Assembly: GCA_051362555.1 (NCBI GenBank)
Contig: JBPQGU010000016.1
Coordinates: 4,526,001 to 4,590,000 of the forward strand
Direction of reading: 5' to 3'
Source: Lingula anatina
Lineage: Eukaryota; Animalia; Brachiopoda
DNA length: 64,000 nucleotides
Shown here: in pieces, positions 34,441 to 48,000 of the stretch
How positions within the stretch are numbered: position 1 is the stretch's first letter
How the letters are laid out: every line of letters begins with the position of its first letter
Notes under the pieces: generated by a model
What the model was told of the DNA's origin: nothing
What the model saw: only the letters and a program-made list of their open reading frames with translations
The model's database searches: none
Program-made: the position numbers and the translations under genes

Positions 34441-34979
34441 ATTTCATCCCGTGGGAGTTCCAAATCTCACGAAGAAAATGCTAATATGTGAAAAAAATAT
34501 TTTGAAAATAATAATAATAATAAATAATAATAATGATGATAATTAAATAAATAAATAACTCTCAGAAAAAGAATGCAATCAGTTCAGTTTTCTAACTCAA
34601 GCTGTATTTCAGTCCAATTTACCTTTTCTGTAAGATTGAGATCCATGAGTAACATGGTTTTACTTAAATTGTCATCAGTGTTCAAAATGGGGTTTCTTTA
34701 ACTTTGACAAAATCAGCCCAGATCATCATGTGAAATGTGATTTATGTGAAATGTGTTCAAAATAAGCATTAAAACCTGTCTTTATAGATATTGATGTTTG
34801 CTTTTAAAATCTCATTTGAGGCAGGAGTGGGGCATCCAGACAAAGTTGTTCATTTAACTAATATGCTGACAAAATCACATTACCTCATAAAGACCCAAAA
34901 TAACAACATTGTGCTTTTAACCCAAAACTTGGGAAATCTGCCAAATTTGCGTAAGCACCCTCAAGTGGAAATAGCAAAA

Positions 34980-35011
<32 letters not shown>

Positions 35012-35718
35012 GATAATAATTAATCAATGAATGTTCATTCATTTCTCATTATTGCCAAAAATACAAAATGCACACTCAAAGTTAATTAAGCCTTCTCTAA
35101 TAATTGCAATAGTCGTTTTTCTAATTTCCAAAAAGAGATTTCAACATGATTTTAATGCATGGACTTATGGCTGTTTTTTCTTTTTAACTTCCAGATTAAG
35201 CTGCTGGTTTGTACTTTCTATACCAAGGGTTTGAAGACCCACTATGCAAGTACCAGAACCTGCTATAGACAGTTATCTTGGAGCCTCCAGAACACTTGCA
35301 ATCCATATCCCTATCATCAAGGGGTCATTTCTTCGATGACATGCTGCGGCGTGGGGCGAGTACCTTAAAGACTTTGATGCTTTTGGATCTTTAATATATT
35401 GTCCATACTGACTTACATCATACTAGTCCTTGGAAGGCTTGGAATACTTGATTTGACCCTTTGACACCGGTTTGCAAAGCTAAGACCATTTCTTTTTAAT
35501 TTGACTGATGACTTGTAAAGCACTCTTCAAACTCTTTGGTGCTCCTGTGCTGTAAGTAACAGGATTCGTTTGATAGCACAGGCAAGGTGTCTCGGGAACA
35601 GTAATGGCTGCTGAAATTGCTGGAATAAAAAAGACAGACAAACTGAAAACTTTTGTTCTAAGTTTTAAAAAACTGATACGGTAATTATTTTTAAAAAGGA
35701 CTATGTATATAGAAAGGC

Positions 35719-36052
35719 TATGGAAGCGTGTAAGGGTCACAACACCAACATCAAAAACAAAACTCACAACACCAACACCAAAAACAAACTTCACAACACC
35801 AACAACTTGGTGTTGTGAAGTTTGTTTTTGGTGTTGGTGTTGTGAGTTTTGTTTTTGGTGTTGGTGTTGTGAGTTTTGTTTTTGGTGTTGGTGTTGTGAA
35901 GTTTGTTTTTGGTGTTGGTGTTGTGAGTTTTGTTTTTGGTGTTGGTGATGTGAGTTTTGTTTTTGGTGTTGGTGTTGTGAAGTTTGTTTTTGGTGTTGGT
36001 GTTGTGAAGTTTGTTTTTGGTGTTGGTGTTGTGACCCTTACACGCTTCCATA
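35719..36052. mobile_element. Foldback-type non-autonomous DNA transposon, IS3EU-like, built of 27-bp repeats
   Basis: TIR TATGGAAGCGTGTAAGGGTCACAACACC; 6-bp TSD AAAGGC (35713-35718 / 36053-36058). TAY...RTA ends with a 6-bp TSD fit IS3EU. 27-bp units switch orientation at ~35806. Confidence 0.8.
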
Positions 36053-36099
36053 AAAGGCATCATAAAATTCGATAAATTAAAGATAAAATAATAATATAG

Positions 36100-39000
36100 C
36101 AGGAATCTGTATAAATAGTTTTTGCTCTATTTATTCCATAATGTTGACACCACCACTCTTCCCGCATTTTATGCTTACTACAAATGACCAAACACACCAA
36201 CCTGACACTATAATGAAAAAAAAAATTTTTTTTCATCCCTACCTGGCCAAAATTGAAGAAATCTCACATGGCTGGCAATTATGAAAATCACTCAAAATAA
36301 AAAAAAATGTCATGAAAATCATCTATCACACCTATCATTCATAAAAAATGTGGAAATACGCCCGGGTCACTTCATCAAGGCCCCCAAATTCTATCTTTAA
36401 AAATGATCCAAAAATAAGCTCCGAGATCTGAATCGGAGAGTGGGGGAGACAGAGTTATTGTTCTATGTCTTCCTTAATGTTGACACCACCACTCTTCCAG
36501 CACTTTATTCTTACTACAAATGACCGAACACACCTACCTGACACTATAATGAAGAAAAAAAATTTTCCTCCCTACCTGGCCAAAATTGAAGAAATCTCAC
36601 AGTGCCGGCACTGTTCAAAATCACTCAAAATCACCAAAAATCGACCCGTCTCTGATTTTTCCAAAAAGTGACGAAAATCAATCTAATACACCTGTCATTC
36701 ATAAAAAATATGGAAACGCGCCCAGGTCACTTCATCAAGGCCCCCAATTCTAGCTTTAAAGATGATCCAAAAATAAGCTCTGAGAACAGAATCTGAGAGG
36801 GGGGGGAGACAGAGTTTTTGCTCTATTTCTTCCTTAATGTTGACACCACCACTCTTCCAGCACTTTATTCTTACTACAAATGACCGAACACACCTACCTG
36901 ACACTATAATGAAGAAAAAAAATTTTCATCCCTACCTGGCCAAAATTGAAGAACTCTCACAGTGCCGGCACTGTTCAAAATCACTCAAAATCACCAAAAA
37001 TCGACCCGTCTCCGATTTTTCCAAAAAGTGACGAAAATCAATCTACCACACCTGTCATTCATAAAAAATGTGGAAACGCGCCCGGGTCACTTCATCAAGG
37101 CCCCCAATTCTAGCTTTAAAGATGATCCAAAAATAAGCTCTGAGAACAGAATCTGAGAGGGGGGGGGGGGGGGAGACAGAGTTTTTGCTCTATTTCTTCC
37201 TTAATGTTGACACCACCACTCTACCAGCACTTTATTCTTACTACAAATGACCGAACACACCTACCTGACACTATAATGAAGAAAAAAAATTTTAATCCCT
37301 ACCTGGCCAAAATTGAAGAACTCTCACAGTGCCGGCACTGTTCAAAATCACTCAAAATCACCAAAAATCTCCGATTTTTCCAAAAAGTGACGAAAATCAA
37401 TCTACCACACCTGTCATTCATAAAAAATGTGGAAACGCGCCCGGGTCACTTCATCAAGGCCCCCAATTCTAGCTTTAAAGATGATCCAAAAATAAGCTCT
37501 GAGAACAGAATCTGAGAGGGGGGGGGGGAGACAGAGTTTTTGCTCTATTTCTTCCTTAATGTTGACACCACCACTCTTCCAGCACTTTATTCTTACTACA
37601 AATGACCGAACACACCTACCTGACACTATAATGAAGAAAAAAAATTTTCATCCCTTCCTGGCCAAAATTGAAGAACTCTCACAGTGCCGACACTGTTCAA
37701 AATCACTCAAAATCACCAAAAATCGACCCGTCTCCGATTTTTCCAAAAAGTGACGAAAATCAATCTACCACACCTGTCATTCATAAAAAATGTGGAAACG
37801 CGCCCGGGTCACTTCATCAAGGCCCCCAATTCTAGCTTTAAAGATGATCCAAAAATAAGCTCTGAGAACAGAATCTGAGAGGGGGGGGAGACAGAGTTTT
37901 TGCTCTATTTCTTCCTTAATGTTGACACCACCACTCTTCCAGCACTTTATTCTTACTACAAATGACCGAACACACCTACCTGACACTGTAATGAAGAAAA
38001 AAAATTTTCATCCCTACCTGGCCAAAATTGAAGAAATCTCACAGTGCCGGCACTGTTCAAAATCACTCAAAATCACCAAAAATCGACCTGTCTCCGATTT
38101 TTCCAAAAAGTGACGAAAATCAATCTACCACACCTGTCATTCATAAAAAATGTGGAAACGCGCCCGGGTCACTTCATCAAGGCCCCCAATTCTAGCTTTA
38201 AAGATGATCCAAAAATAAGCTCTGAGAACAGAATCTGAGGGGGGGGGGGGGGGGAGACAGAGTTTTTGCTCTATTTCTTCCTTAATGTTGACACCACCAC
38301 TCTTCCAGCACTTTATTCTTACTACAAATGACCGAACACACCTACCTGACACTATAATGAAGAAAAAAAATTTTCATCCCTACCTGGCCAAAATTGAAGA
38401 ACTCTCACAGTGCCGGCACTGTTCAAAATCACTCAAAATCACCAAAATTCGACCCGTCTCCGATTTTTCCAAAAAGTGACGAAAATCAATCTACCACACC
38501 TGTCATTCATAAAAAATGTGGAAACGCGCCCGGGTCACTTCATCAAGGCCCCCAATTCTAGCTTTAAAGATGATCCAAAAATAAGCTCTGAGAACAGAAT
38601 CTGAGAGGGGGGGGGGAGACAGAGTTTTTGCTCTATTTCTTCCTTAATGTTGACACCACCACTCTTCCAGCACTTTATTATTACTACAAATGACCGAACA
38701 CACCTACCTGACACTATAATGAAGAAAAAAAATTTTCATCCCTACCTGGCCAAAATTGAAGAAATCTCACAGTGCCGGCACTGTTCAAAATCACTCAAAA
38801 TCACCAAAAATCGACCCGTCTCCGATTTTTCCAAAAAGTGACGAAAATCAATCTACCACACCTGTCATTCATAAAAAATGTGGAAACGCGCCCGGGTCAC
38901 TTCATCAAGGCCCCCAATTCTAGCTTTAAAGATGATCCAAAAATAAGCTCTGAGAACAGAATCTGAGAGGGGGGGGGGGGAGACAGAGTTTTTGCTCTAT

Positions 39001-42000
39001 TTCTTCCTTAATGTTGACACCACCACTCTTCCAGCACTTTATTCTTACTACAAATGACCGAACACACCTACCTGACACTATAATGAAGAAAAAAAATTTT
39101 CATCCCTACCTGGCCAAAATTGAAGAAATCTCACAGTGCCGGCACTGTTCAAAATCACTCAAAATCACCAAAAATCGACCCGTCTCCGATTTTTCCAAAA
39201 AGTGACGAAAATCAATCTACCACACCTGTCATTCATAAAAAATGTGGAAACGCGCCCGGGTCACTTCATCAAGGCCCCCAATTCTAGCTTTAAAGATGAT
39301 CCAAAAATAAGCTCTGAGAACAGAATCTGAGAGGGGGGGGGAGACAGAGTTTTTGCTCTATTTCTTCCTTAATGTTGACACCACCACTCTTCCAGCACTT
39401 TATTCTTACTACAAATGACCGAACACACCTACCTGACACTATAATGAAGAAAAAAAATTTTCATCCCTACCTGGCCAAAATTGAAGAAATCTCACAGTGC
39501 CGGCACTGTTCAAAATCACTCAAAATCACCAAAAATTGACCCGTCTCCGATTTTTCCAAAAAGTGACGAAAATCAATCTACCACACCTGTCATTCATAAA
39601 AAATGTGGAAACGCGCCCGGGTCACTTCATCAAGGCAACCAATTCTAGCTTTAAAGATGATCCAAAAATAAGCTCTGAGAACAGAATCTGAGAGGGGGGG
39701 GGGGGAGACAGAGTTTTTGCTCTATTTCTTCCTTAATGTTGACACCACCACTCTTCCAGCACTTTATTCTTACTACAAATGACCGAACACACCTACCTGA
39801 CACTATAATGAAGAAAAAAAATTTTCATCCCTACCTGGCCAAAATTGAAGAACTCTCACAGTGCCGGCACTGTTCAAAATCACTCAAAATCACCAAAAAT
39901 CGACCCGTGTCCGATTTTTCCAAAAAGTGACGAAAATCAATCTACCACACCTGTCATTCATAAAAAATGTGGAAACGCGCCCGGGTCACTTCATCAAGGC
40001 CCCCAATTCTAGCTTTAAAGATGATCCAAAAATAAGCTCTGAGAACAGAACATGAAAAGGGGGGGGGGAGACAGAGTTTTTGCTCTATTTCTTCCTTAAT
40101 GTTGACACCACCACTCTTCCAGCACTTTATTCTTACTACAAATGACCGAACACACCTACCTGACACTATAATGAAGAAAAAAAATTTTCATCCCTACCTG
40201 GCCAAAATTGAAGAAATCTCACAGTGCCGGCACTGTTTAAAATCACTCAAAATCACCAAAAATCGACCCGTCTCCGATTTTTCCAAAAAGTGACAAAAAT
40301 CAATCTACCACACCTGTCATTCATAAAAAATGTGGAAACGCGCCCGGGTCACTTCATCAAGGCCCCCAATTCTAGCTTTAAAGATGATCCAAAAATAATC
40401 TCTGAGAACAGAATCTGAGAGGGGGGGGAGACAGAGTTTTTGCTCTATTTCTTCCTTAATGTTGACACCACCACTCTTCCAGCACTTTATTCTTACTACA
40501 AATGACCGAACACACCTACCTGACACTATAATGAAGAAAAAAAATTTTCATCCCTACCTGGCCAAAATTGAAGAAATCTCACAGTGCCGGCACTGTTCAA
40601 AATCACTCAAAATCACCAAAAATCGACCCGTCTCCGATTTTTCCAAAAAGTGACGAAAATCAATCTACCACACCTGTCATTCATAAAAAATGTGGAAACG
40701 CGCCCGGGTCACTTCATCAAGGCAACCAATTCTAGCTTTAAAGATGATCCAAAAATAAGCTCTGAGAACAGAATCTGAGAGGGGGGGGGGGGGGGGGGAG
40801 ACAGAGTTTTTGCTCTATTTCTTCCTTAATGTTGACACCACCACTCTTCCAGCACTTTATTCTTACTACAAATGACCGAACACACCTACCTGACACTATA
40901 ATGAAGAAAAAAAATTTTCATCCCTACCTGGCCAAAATTGAAGAAATCTCACAGTGCCGGCACTGTTCAAAATCACTCAAAATCACCAAAAATCGACCCG
41001 TGTCCGATTTTTCCAAAAAGTGACGAAAATCAATCTACCACACCTGTCATTCATAAAAAATGTGGAAACGCGCCCGGGTCACTTCATCAAGGCCCCCAAT
41101 TCTAGCTTTAAAGATGATCCAAAAATAAGCTCTGAGAACAGAACATGAAAAGGGGGGGGGGGAGACAGAGTTTTTGCTCTATTTCTTCCTTAATGTTGAC
41201 ACCACCACTCTTCCAGCACTTTATTCTTACTACAAATGACCGAACACACCTACCTGACACTATAATGAAGAAAAAAAATTTTCATCCCTACCTGGCCAAA
41301 ATTGAAGAACTCTCACAGTGCCGGCACTGTTCAAAATCACTCAAAATCACCAAAAATCGACCCGTCTCCGATTTTTCCAAAAAGTGACGAAAATCAATCT
41401 ACCACACCTGTCATTCATAAAAAATGTGGAAACGCGCCCGGGTCACTTCATCAAGGCCCCCAATTCTAGCTTTAAAGATGATCCAAAAATAAGCTCTGAG
41501 AACAGAATCTGAGAGGGGGGGGGGAGACAGAGTTTTTGCTCTATTTCTTCCTTAATGTTGACACCACCACTCTTCCAGCACTTTATTCTTACTGCAAATG
41601 ACCGAACACACCTACCTGACACTATAATGAAGAAAAAAAATTTTCATCCCTACCTGGCCAAAATTGAAGAACTCTCACAGTGCCGGCACTGTTCAAAATC
41701 ACTCAAAATCACCAAAAATCGACCCGTCTCCGATTTTTCCAAAAAGTGACGAAAATCAATCTACCACACCTGTCATTCATAAAAAATGTGGAAACGCGCC
41801 CGGGTCACTTCATCAAGGCCCCCAATTCTAGCTTTAAAGATGATCCAAAAATAAGCTCTGAGAACAGAATCTGAGAGGGGGGGGAGACAGAGTTTTTGCT
41901 CTATTTCTTCCTTAATGTTGACACCACCACTCTTCCAGCACTTTATTCTTACTACAAATGACCGAACACACCTACCTGACACTATAATGAAGAAAAAAAA

Positions 42001-45000
42001 TTTTCATCCCTACCTGGCCAAAATTGAAGAAATTTCACAGTGCCGGCACTGTTCAAAATCACTCAAAATCACCAAAAATCGACCTGTCTCCGATTTTTCC
42101 AAAAAGTGACGAAAATCAATCTACCACACCTGTCATTCATAAAAAATGTGGAAACGCGCCCGGGTCACTTCATCAAGGCCCCCAATTCTAGCTTTAAAGA
42201 TGATCCAAAAATAAGCTCTGAGAACAGAATCTGAGGGGGGGGGGAGACAGAGTTTTTGCTCTATTTCTTCCTTAATGTTGACACCACCACTCTTCCAGCA
42301 CTTTATTCTTACTACAAATGACCGAACACACCTACCTGACATTATAATGAAGAAAAAAAATTTTCATCCCTACCTGGCCAAAATTGAAGAACTCTCACAG
42401 TGCCGGCACTGTTCAAAATCACTCAAAATCACCAAAATTCGACCCGTCTCCGATTTTTCCAAAAAGTGACGAAAATCAATCTACCACACCTGTCATTCAT
42501 AAAAAATGTGGAAACGCGCCCGGGTCACTTCATCAAGGCCCCCAATTCTAGCTTTAAAGATGATCCAAAAATAAGCTCTGAGAACAGAATCTGAGAGGGG
42601 GGGGGGGGAGACAGAGTTTTTGCTCTATTTCTTCCTTAATGTTGACACCACCACTCTTCCAGCACTTTATTCTTACTACAAATGACCGAAAACACCTACC
42701 TGACACTATAATGAAGAAAAAAAAATTTCATCCCTACCTGGCCAAAATTGAAGAAATCTCACAGTGCCGGCACTGTTCAAAATCACTCATAATCACCAAA
42801 AATCGACCTGTCTCCGATTTTTCCAAAAAGTGACGAAAATCAATCTACCACACCTGTCATTCATAAAAAATGTGGAAACGCGCCCGGGTCACTTCATCAA
42901 GGCCCCCAATTCTAGCTTTAAAGATGATCCAAAAATAAGCTCTGAGAACAGAATCTGAGGGGGGGGGGGGGGGGAGACAGAGTTTTTGCTCTATTTCTTC
43001 CTTAATGTTGACACCACCACTCTTCCAGCACTTTATTCTTACTACAAATGACCGAACACACCTACCTGACACTATAATGAAGAAAAAAAATTTTCATCCC
43101 TACCTGGCCAAAATTGAAGAACTCTCACAGTGCCGGCACTGTTCAAAATCACTCAAAATCACCAAAAATCGACCCGTCTCCGATTTTTCCAAAAAGTGAC
43201 GAAAATCAATCTACCACACCTGTCATTCATAAAAAATGTGGAAACGCGCCCGGGTCACTTCATCAAGGCCCCCAATTCTAGCTTTAAAGATGATCCAAAA
43301 ATAAGCTCTGAGAACAGAATCTGAGGGGGGGGGGGGAGACAGAGTTTTTGCTCTATTTCTTCCTTAATGTTGACACCACCACTCTTCCAGCACTTTATTC
43401 TTACTGCAAATGACCGAACACACCTACCTGACACTATAATGAAGAAAAAAAATTTTCATCCCTACCTGGCCAAAATTGAAGAACTCTCACAGTGCCGGCA
43501 CTGTTCAAAATCACTCAAAATCACCAAAAATCGACCCGTCTCCGATTTTTCCAAAAAGTGACGAAAATCAATCTACCACACCTGTCATTCATAAAAAATG
43601 TGGAAACGCGCCCGGGTCACTTCATCAAGGCCCCCAATTCTAGCTTTAAAGATGATCCAAAAATAAGCTCTGAGAACAGAATCTGAGAGGGGGGGGGGGA
43701 GACAGAGTTTTTGCTCTATTTCTTCCTTAATGTTGACACCACCACTCTTCCAGCACTTTATTATTACTACAAATGACCGAACACACCTACCTGACACTAT
43801 AATGAAGAAAAAAAATTTTCATCCCTACCTGGCCAAAATTGAAGAACTCTCACAGTGCCGGCACTGTTCAAAATCACTCAAAATCACCAAAAATCGACCC
43901 GTCTCCGATTTTTCCAAAAAGTGACGAAAATCAATCTACCACACCTGTCATTCATAAAAAATGTGGAAACGCGCCTGGGTCACTTCATCAAGGCCCCCAA
44001 TTCTAGCTTTAAAGATGATCCAAAAATAAGCTCTGAGAACAGAATCTGAGGGGGGGGGGGAGACAGAGTTTTTGCTCTATTTCTTCCTTAATGTTGACAC
44101 CACCATTCTTCCAGCACTTTATTCTTACTACAAATGACCGAACACACCTACCTGACACTATAATGAAGAAAAAAAATTTCATCCCTACCTGGCCAAAATT
44201 GAAGAACTCTCACAGTGCCGGCACTGTTCAAAATCACTCAAAATCACCAAAAATCGACCCGTCTCCGATTTTTCCAAAAAGTGACGAAAATCAATCTACC
44301 ACACCTGTCATTCATAAAAAATGTGGAAACGCGCCCGGGTCACTTCATCAAGGCCCCCAATTCTAGCTTTAAAGATGATCCAAAAATAAGCTCTGAGAAC
44401 AGAATCTGAGAGGGGGGGGGGGGGAGAGACAGAGTTTTTGCTCTATTTCTTCCTTAATGTTGACAACACCACTCTTCCAGCACTTTATTCTTACTACAAA
44501 TGACCGAACACACCTACCTGACACTATAATGAGGAAAAAAAATTTTCATCCCTACCTGGCCAAAATTGAAGAACTCTCACAGTGCCGACACTGTTCAAAA
44601 TCACTTAAAATCACCAAAAATCGACCCGTCTCCGATTTTTCCAAAAAGTGACGAAAATCAATCTACCACACCTGTCATTCATAAAAAATGTGGAAACGCG
44701 CCCGGGTCACTTCATCAAGGCCCCCAATTCTAGCTTTAAAGATGATCCAAAAATAAGCTCTGAGAACAGAATCTGAGAGTGGGGGGGAGACAGAGTTTTT
44801 GCTCTATTTCTTCCTTAATGTTGACACCACCACTCTTCCAGCACTTTATTCTTACTACAAATGACCGAACACACCTACCTGACACTATAATGAAGAAAAA
44901 AAATTTTCATCCCTACCTGGCCAAAATTGAAGAACTCTCACAGTGCCGGCACTGTTCAAAATCACTCAAAATCACCAAAAATTGACCCGTCTCTGATTTT

Positions 45001-48000
45001 TCCAAAAAGTGACGAAAATCAATCTACCACACCTGTCATTCATAAAAAATGTGGAAACGCGCCCGGGTCACTTCATCAAGGCCCCCAATTCTAGCTTTAA
45101 AGATGATCCAAAAATAAGCTCTGAGAACAGAATCTGAGAGGGGGGGGGGGGGGGGGGGAGACAGAGTTTTTGCTCTATTTCTTCCTTAATGTTAACACCA
45201 CCACTCATCCAGCACTTTATTCTTACTACAAATGACCGAACACACCTACCTGACACTATAATGAAGAAAAAAAATTTTCATCCCTACCTGGCCAAAATTG
45301 AAGAAATCTCACAGTGCCGGCACTGTTCAAAATCACTCAAAATCACCAAAAATCGACCCGTGTCCGATTTTTCCAAAAAGTGACGAAAATCAATCTACCA
45401 CACCTGTCATTCATAAAAAATGTGGAAACGCGCCAGGGTCACTTCATCAAGGCCCCCAATTCTAGCTTTAAAGATGATCCAAAAATAAGCTCTGAGAACA
45501 GAATCTGAGAGGGGGGGGAGGGAGACAGAGTTTTTACTCTATTTCTTCCTTAATGTTGACACCACCACTCTTCCAGCACTTTATTTTTACTACAAATGAC
45601 CGAACACACCTACCTGACACTATAATGAAGAAAAAAAATTTTCATCCCTACCTGGCCAAAATTGAAGAACTCTCACAGTGCCGGCACTGTTCAAAATCAC
45701 TCAAAATCACCAAAAATCGACCTGTCTCCGATTTTTCTAAAAAGTGACGAAAATCAATCTACCACACCTGTCATTCATAAAAAATGTGGAAACGCGCCCG
45801 GGTCACTTCATCAAGGCCCCCAATTCTAGCTTTAAAGATGATCCAAAAATAAGCTCTGAGAACAGAATCTGAGAGGGGGGGGGGGGAGACAGAGTTTTTG
45901 CTCTATTTCTTCCTTAATGTTGACACCACCACTCTTCCAGCACTTTATTCTTACTACAAATGACCGAACACACCTACCTGACACTATAATGAAGAAAAAA
46001 AATTTTCATCCCTACCTGGCCAAAATTGAAGAAACCTCACAGTGCCGGCACTGTTCAAAATCACTCAAAATCACCAAAAATCGACCCGTCTCCATTTTTC
46101 CAAAAAGTGACGAAAATCAATCTACCACACCTGTCATTCATAAAAAATGTGGAAACGCGCCCGGGTCACTTCATCAAGGCCCCCAATTCTAGCTTTAAAG
46201 ATGATCCAAAAATAAGCTCTGAGAACAGAATCTGAGAGGGGGGGGGAGACAGAGTTTTTGCTCTATTTCTTCCTTAATGTTGACACCACCACTCTTCCAG
46301 CACTTTATTCTTACTACAAATGACCGAACACACCTACCTGACACTATAATGAAGAAAAAAAATTTTCATCCCTACCTGGCCAAAATTGAAGAAATCTCAC
46401 AGTGCCGGCACTGTTCAAAATCACCAAAAATCGACCCGTCTCCGATTTTTCCAAAAAGTGACGAAAATCAATCTACCACACCTGTCATTCATAAAAAATG
46501 TGGAAACGCGCCCGGGTCACTTCATCAAGGCCCCCAATTCTAGCTTTAAAGATGATCCAAAAATAAGCTCTGAGAACAGAATCTGAGGGGGGGGGGGGGG
46601 GGGGAGACAGAGTTTTTGCTCTATTTCTTCCTTAATGTTGACACCACCACTCTTCCAGCACTTTATTCTTACTACAAATGACCGAACACACCTACCTGAC
46701 ACTATAATGAAGAAAAAAAATTTTCATCCCTACCTGGCCAAAATTGAAGAACTCTCACAGTGCCGGCACTGTTCAAAATCACTCAAAATCACCAAAAATC
46801 GACCCGTCTCCGATTTTTCCAAAAAGTGACGAAAATCAATCTACCACACCTGTCATTCATAAAAAATGTGGAAACGCGCCCGGGTCACTTCATCAAGGCC
46901 CCCAATTCTAGCTTTAAAGATGATCCAAAAATAAGCTCTGAGAACAGAATCTGAGGGGGGGGGGAGACAGAGTTTTTGCTCTATTTCTTCCTTAATGTTG
47001 ACACCACCACTCTTCCAGCACTTTATTCTTACTGCAAATGACCGAACACACCTACCTGACACTATAATGAAGAAAAAAAATTTTCATCCCTACCTGGCCA
47101 AAATTGAAGAACTCTCACAGTGCCGGCACTGTTCAAAATCACTCAAAATCACCAAAAATCGACCCGTCTCCGATTTTTCCAAAAAGTGACGAAAATCAAT
47201 CTACCACACCTGTCATTCATAAAAAATGTGGAAACGCGCCCGGGTCACTTCATCAAGGCCCCCAATTCTAGCTTTAAAGATGATCCAAAAATAAGCTCTG
47301 AGAACAGAATCTGAGAGGGGGGGGGGGGGAGACAGAGTTTTTGCTCTATTTCTTCCTTAATGTTGACACCACCACTCTTCCAGCACTTTATTCTTACTGC
47401 AAATGACCGAACACACCTACCTGACACTATAATGAAGAAAAAAAATTTTCATCCCTACCTGGCCAAAATTGAAGAACTCTCACAGTGCCGGCACTGTTCA
47501 AAATCACTCAAAATCACCAAAAATCGACCCGTCTCCGATTTTTCCAAAAAGTGATGAAAATCAATCTACCACACCTGTCATTCATAAAAAATGTGGAAAC
47601 GCGCCCGGGTCACTTCATCAAGGCCCCCAATTCTAGCTTTAAAGATGATCCAAAAATAAGCTCTGAGAACAGAATCTGAGAGGGGGGGGGGAGACAGAGT
47701 TTTTGCTCTATTTCTTCCTTAATGTTGACACCACCACTCTTCCAGCACTTTATTCTTACTACAAATGACCGAACACACCTACCTGACACTATAATGAAGA
47801 AAAAAAATTTTCATCCCTACCTGGCCAAAATTGAAGAACTCTCACAGTGCCGGCACTGTTCAAAATCACTCAAAATCACCAAAAATCGACCCGTCTCCGA
47901 TTTTTCCAAAAAGTGACGAAAATCAATCTACCACACCTGTCATTCATAAAAAATGTGGAAACGCGCCCGGGTCACTTCATCAAGGCCCCCAATTCTAGCT

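Noticed and set aside
35225-35625. Two exon-like blocks on the minus strand
   Set aside because: Splice-like edges are present but all frames contain stops and no protein family was recognised.
35703-36075. Cys/Trp-rich or Val/Gly-rich repetitive ORFs
   Set aside because: Translations of the 27-bp repeats in the foldback element.
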